64,000 nucleotides of DNA from Methylophilaceae bacterium (GTDB taxonomy: Bacteria; Pseudomonadota; Gammaproteobacteria; Burkholderiales; Methylophilaceae). The stretch covers positions 8,833 to 72,832 of the forward strand of contig DATHWW010000017.1 in assembly GCA_035460165.1 (NCBI GenBank). The letters are read 5' to 3'. Below, piece by piece: positions 61,401 to 64,000 of the stretch. Within the stretch, counting starts at the first letter, position 1. Each line of letters begins with the position of its first letter. The notes beneath the pieces are model-generated. The model made no database searches. It had not been told where the DNA came from and worked only from the letters and a program-made list of their open reading frames with translations. The position numbers were made by a program, and so were the translations under genes.

Positions 61401-61571
61401 ACTTCTTCAGTATTTTGGGGAACGTTGGCCTATACCCTGATCGGCGGCACGCTTGTCGGCACAGTACTGACCCTTGTGTTCCTGCCGGCGATGTACGCCA
61501 TCTGGTTCAAAATCAGGCATCCGAGGAAGGCAACCAACGGAATCTCAACTGCTTTAGGCATTCCTTCTTGA
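58476..61571 (+). CDS. RND efflux permease
   Basis: GRAEDPPF, GLLVDDAII, RARPVILT. Confidence 0.95.
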   Translation: MSRFNLSALAVRERSITLFLIILITIAGTIAFLKMGRAEDPPFTVKIMTVITAWPGATAQEMQDQVAEKIEKRMQELRWYDRTETYTRPGLAFTTVTLLDSTPPSEVKEEFYQARKKISDESQNLPAGVIGPMVNDEYADVTFALFALKAAGEPQRLLVRDAEKMRQRLLHVAGVKKVNIIGEQPERIYVAFSHDRLATLGISPQQIFTALNTQNLLTPAGSIDTKGTQVFIRIEGAFDQLQKIRDTPVSAQGRILKLSDVATVERGYEDPSTFLVRNNGEPALLLGIVMREGWNGLDLGKALDAEVASISSDLPLGMSLTKVTDQAVNIDISVDEFMVKFFVALLVVMLVSFLSMGWRVGLVVAAAVPLTLAIVFVVMAATGKNFDRITLGSLILALGLLVDDAIIAIETMVVKMEEGYSRIAASAYAWSHTAAPMLSGTLVTAIGFMPNGFAQSTAGEYTSNMFWVVGTALIASWIVAVVFTPYLGVKMLPEMEKVEGGYKTIYSTPNYNRFRSMLGRVIHYKWIVAAIVIGTFVLAILGMGVVKKQFFPTSDRPEVLVEVQMPYGTAIAQTSAATAKIEAWLAKQKEAKIVTSYIGQGAPRFYLAMSPELPDPSFAKLVVRTEDQNEREVLKLRLRQAIADGLAPEARVRVTQLVFGPYSPFPVAFRVTGQDPEKLRIIAAEVRQVMDASPMMRTVNADWGERVPALHFTLQQDRLQAVGLTSNSVAQQLQFLLSGVPVTEVREDIRSVQVVGRAAENMRLDPEKISGFTLIGSAGQRVPLSQIGSVDVRMEEPTLRRRDRTPTITVRGDIAEDLQPPDVSTAIKAQLQPIVDKLPAGYRIEEAGSIEESGKATKALLPLFPIMIAATLLILILQVRSIAAMIMVFATSPLGLIGVVPTLILFQQPFGINALVGLIALSGILMRNTLILIGQIEDNLKEGLHPFDAVVEATVQRARPVILTALAAILAFIPLTSSVFWGTLAYTLIGGTLVGTVLTLVFLPAMYAIWFKIRHPRKATNGISTALGIPS

Positions 61572-61668
61572 CCTAACAGCCTCCACTTGTCGAGCACTCC
61601 AAATTTAAGGACTGCTCGACAAGTGAGTGATAGCCACTTCCACCAATGAGGTATGAAACGGTTCACAG

Positions 61669-61752
61669 AAAGTCCGCTGGCATATGTCGGATAGTACGAT
61701 GCAGCGAGCGTTCAAGGCCGCTTTGAAAATGGCCAGAGTCCATAAACATGCT
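61669..61752 (+). pseudogene. Integron-integrase-like (tyrosine recombinase) fragment
   Basis: KVRWHMSDSTMQRAFKAALKMARVHKHA resembles the IntI segment preceding HTLRHSFATH. Confidence 0.55.
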
Positions 61753-61820
61753 CCATTGTGGCTAAGCGAAATAAAGACTAAAAGGGGATTTGAATAGTAC
61801 GGAGAATAGTACAAGACAAG

Positions 61821-61858
61821 AAAAAGGCGGCTACAGAGTTAACTGTAACCGCCTTTTT
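61821..61858 (-). terminator. tRNA terminator
   Basis: AAAAAGGCGGCTACAG-N6-CTGTAACCGCCTTTTT. Confidence 0.8.
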
Positions 61859-61870
61859 CTCAATAAAATT

Positions 61871-61947
61871 TGGCGCGCCCGAAGAGATTCGAACTCCTGA
61901 CCCCTTGGTTCGTAGCCAAGTACTCTATCCAGCTGAGCTACGGGCGC
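61871..61947 (-). tRNA. tRNA-Arg(ACG)
   Basis: GCGCCCGTAGCTCAGCTGGATAGAG...CTTGGCT-ACG-AACCAAG...GTTCGAATC...CCA, 77 nt. Confidence 0.97.
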
Positions 61948-62104
61948 GTTTTGATCTGCTTTCGACTAACGTTGAACAGTTAGCGTCGAAGAGGTCGCAC
62001 ATTATACCGAATAATCCCTTGGGCGCAAGCCGACTTCGCGGGCTGTCTGATTCATATGCTTTCCGAAGGGCGTTACGGATGCCGACTGACGTTATAATTC
62101 CCCC

Positions 62105-62776
62105 ATGAAACTGCTCGCCCTCGACACTTCCACCGAATACCTTTCGCTTTGCCTGTGGCAGGACGGCACCATGCTGTCGCGCGACTTGCTGGCGGGGCAG
62201 CAGCATTCACAGCTAATTTTGCCGATGCTGGGCGAAATGCTGGCCGAGGCAGGGCTAACGTTGCCACAGCTCGACTGCATCGCCTTCGGCGCGGGGCCAG
62301 GTTCGTTTACCGGGCTGCGCATCGGGTGCGGCGTGGCGCAGGGGCTGGCGTTCGGCGCCAATCTTCCGGTGGTGGGCGTGAGCACTTTGCTCGCGCTGGC
62401 GCAGCAGACGGATGCGGAGCGCGTGATCGCGTGCCTGGATGCGCGCATGGGTGAGGTTTACCATGCGGCATATATCCGCTCGGGATCAGCGTGGCGGATC
62501 GCATGCGAGCCTGGACTATACAAGCCGCAGGACGTACCTGCCATTGAGGGCGGCGCGTGGTTGGGCATCGGCAGCGGCTGGGCGACTTATGGCGATATTC
62601 TGAATGCGCGTTATGCCGGGCAGGTCGATGAGAGTAACGGCCAGGCTTTTCCGCATGCGCGCGACATCGCTACGCTGGCCGCGGTCGAATTCGCCGCGGG
62701 CAGGGCTGTACCTGCCGCGGAAGCGGCGCCGATTTACATTCGCAACAAGGTTGCGCTGACGATGGCTGAACGATGA
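62105..62776 (+). CDS. tsaB: t6A biosynthesis protein TsaB
   Basis: LALDTST, GPGSFTGLRIG, DARMGEVY. Confidence 0.95.
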   Translation: MKLLALDTSTEYLSLCLWQDGTMLSRDLLAGQQHSQLILPMLGEMLAEAGLTLPQLDCIAFGAGPGSFTGLRIGCGVAQGLAFGANLPVVGVSTLLALAQQTDAERVIACLDARMGEVYHAAYIRSGSAWRIACEPGLYKPQDVPAIEGGAWLGIGSGWATYGDILNARYAGQVDESNGQAFPHARDIATLAAVEFAAGRAVPAAEAAPIYIRNKVALTMAER

Positions 62777-63234
62777 GCGCGGTGATCAAGCCAGATACCG
62801 GTTTCCGCCCGATGCAGTTCGAGGATCTCGATCGCGTCATGGCAATCGAGCCGACGATTTATTCGCATCCGTGGTCGCGCGGCAATTTTGCCGATTCGCT
62901 GCACGCCGGCTATAGCTGCTGGGTGTATGAGTTCGATGGCGAAATCGTCGGCTATGCGGTGATGATGTCGGTACTGGATGAAGCGCACTTACTCAATATA
63001 AGCATCGCAGGCGATTATCAGGGCCGCGGCATGGGCCGCGCGTTGCTGGAGCACGTCATCGATGCCGCCCGTCGCCATGGCGCGCAGATGATGTTCCTTG
63101 AAGTCAGGCCCTCCAACACGAATGCCATCGCGTTGTACGAAAGCATGGGCTTCAATGAATTCTCGATCCGTAAGGGTTACTACCCGGCACAGCATGGCCG
63201 TGAAGACGCGATATTGATGGGGCTGGCACTATGA
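62773..63234 (+). CDS. rimI: Ribosomal protein S18 alanine N-acetyltransferase
   Basis: EAHLLNI, QGRGMG, LEVRPSN, RKGYY. Confidence 0.94.
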   Translation: MSAVIKPDTGFRPMQFEDLDRVMAIEPTIYSHPWSRGNFADSLHAGYSCWVYEFDGEIVGYAVMMSVLDEAHLLNISIAGDYQGRGMGRALLEHVIDAARRHGAQMMFLEVRPSNTNAIALYESMGFNEFSIRKGYYPAQHGREDAILMGLAL

Positions 63235-64000
63235 GTTTGCCGCGCGAAGAGGTACTGAAAGAACTGGAATTGCTGCCGGTTTGGCGCCCTAGAGCCATCG
63301 AGGTGCTCACCCAATCCGCCGAGGCCATAGAGACACAGCCCAAAGCAGCCGAGACCATGATTGCGGCTGAAACTCCGCCTTTGATGGAGCCAGCACCCGC
63401 GCCTGCATCAGCTGTGGTAGAGAACACCGCCCCCTCCCCCGCCCTCCGTAAATCCGGAATCGCGGAAATGGACTGGGAAGCGTTGGACGCCGCCATCAAG
63501 GCATGCGAAGCCTGCTCCTTGGCAAAAACCCGCACCCAGACCGTGACCGGTGTGGGCGACCGCAATGCCGAATGGCTGTTCGTCGGCGAGGCGCCGGGTG
63601 CGGAAGAAGACCGGCGCGGCGAGCCTTTTGTCGGCCAGGCGGGCAAGCTGCTGGACAACATGCTGGCGGCCATCGACCTGAAGCGCGGCGAGAACGTCTA
63701 TATCGCCAACGTGCTCAAGTGCCGCCCGCCGGAGAACCGCGACCCGCACGGCGAAGAAGTCGTCAAATGCGACCCTTTCCTCAAACGCCAGGTCGAACTG
63801 ATCAGGCCCAAGCTGATCGTAGCGATGGGCCGTTTCGCGGCGCAATCGCTGCTGAATACCGACAGTGCCATCGGCGCGCTACGTGGCAAGCTGCATGACT
63901 ACAATGGTGTGCCGGTCATCGTGACTTACCATCCGGCCTACCTGTTGCGTAACTTGCCGGACAAGGCCAAAGCCTGGGAAGACCTGTGCTACGCCCGCCG
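63231..64000 (+). CDS. Uracil-DNA glycosylase family 4; runs past the window end
   Basis: CEACSL, GEAPG, PFVG, KCRPPENR, TYHPAYLL. Confidence 0.9.
   Translation, partial: MSLPREEVLKELELLPVWRPRAIEVLTQSAEAIETQPKAAETMIAAETPPLMEPAPAPASAVVENTAPSPALRKSGIAEMDWEALDAAIKACEACSLAKTRTQTVTGVGDRNAEWLFVGEAPGAEEDRRGEPFVGQAGKLLDNMLAAIDLKRGENVYIANVLKCRPPENRDPHGEEVVKCDPFLKRQVELIRPKLIVAMGRFAAQSLLNTDSAIGALRGKLHDYNGVPVIVTYHPAYLLRNLPDKAKAWEDLCYAR

Larger units (their letters stand above)
50783..61915. mobile_element. Genomic island integrated at tRNA-Arg(ACG), no intact integrase
   Basis: Flanking 45-bp direct repeat; cargo partly AT-richer than the backbone. Confidence 0.85.

Overview
This is a GC-rich betaproteobacterial chromosomal segment; a Methylophilaceae/Nitrosomonadales-like origin is an inference from gene content. 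Housekeeping genes (ctpA, coq7, ubiD, dacB, bioA, tsaB-rimI-UDG, tRNA-Arg(ACG)) are interleaved with accessory blocks. These are: a Fur-box-preceded porin/ferritin-like/FMN-binding/PepSY operon; a c-di-GMP hub (two GGDEF-EAL proteins, a HisKA_2 kinase, a degenerate GGDEF and a GEMM-I riboswitch); a Fur-box-preceded vibrioferrin/xanthoferrin-type NIS siderophore operon with no adjacent receptor; an orphan phage gene pair; a divergent FtsH-like protease; and an ~11 kb integrase-less island bounded by a 45-bp tRNA-Arg repeat, carrying a FabF paralog and an RND pump. The most striking observation is a c-di-GMP-I riboswitch at 15015-15105 with a sigma70-like promoter and a candidate anti-aptamer/U-tract. 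It has no sense gene downstream and points antisense into the bioA/GGDEF-EAL-CZB operon. All calls are by eye from sequence motifs; no database searches were run.
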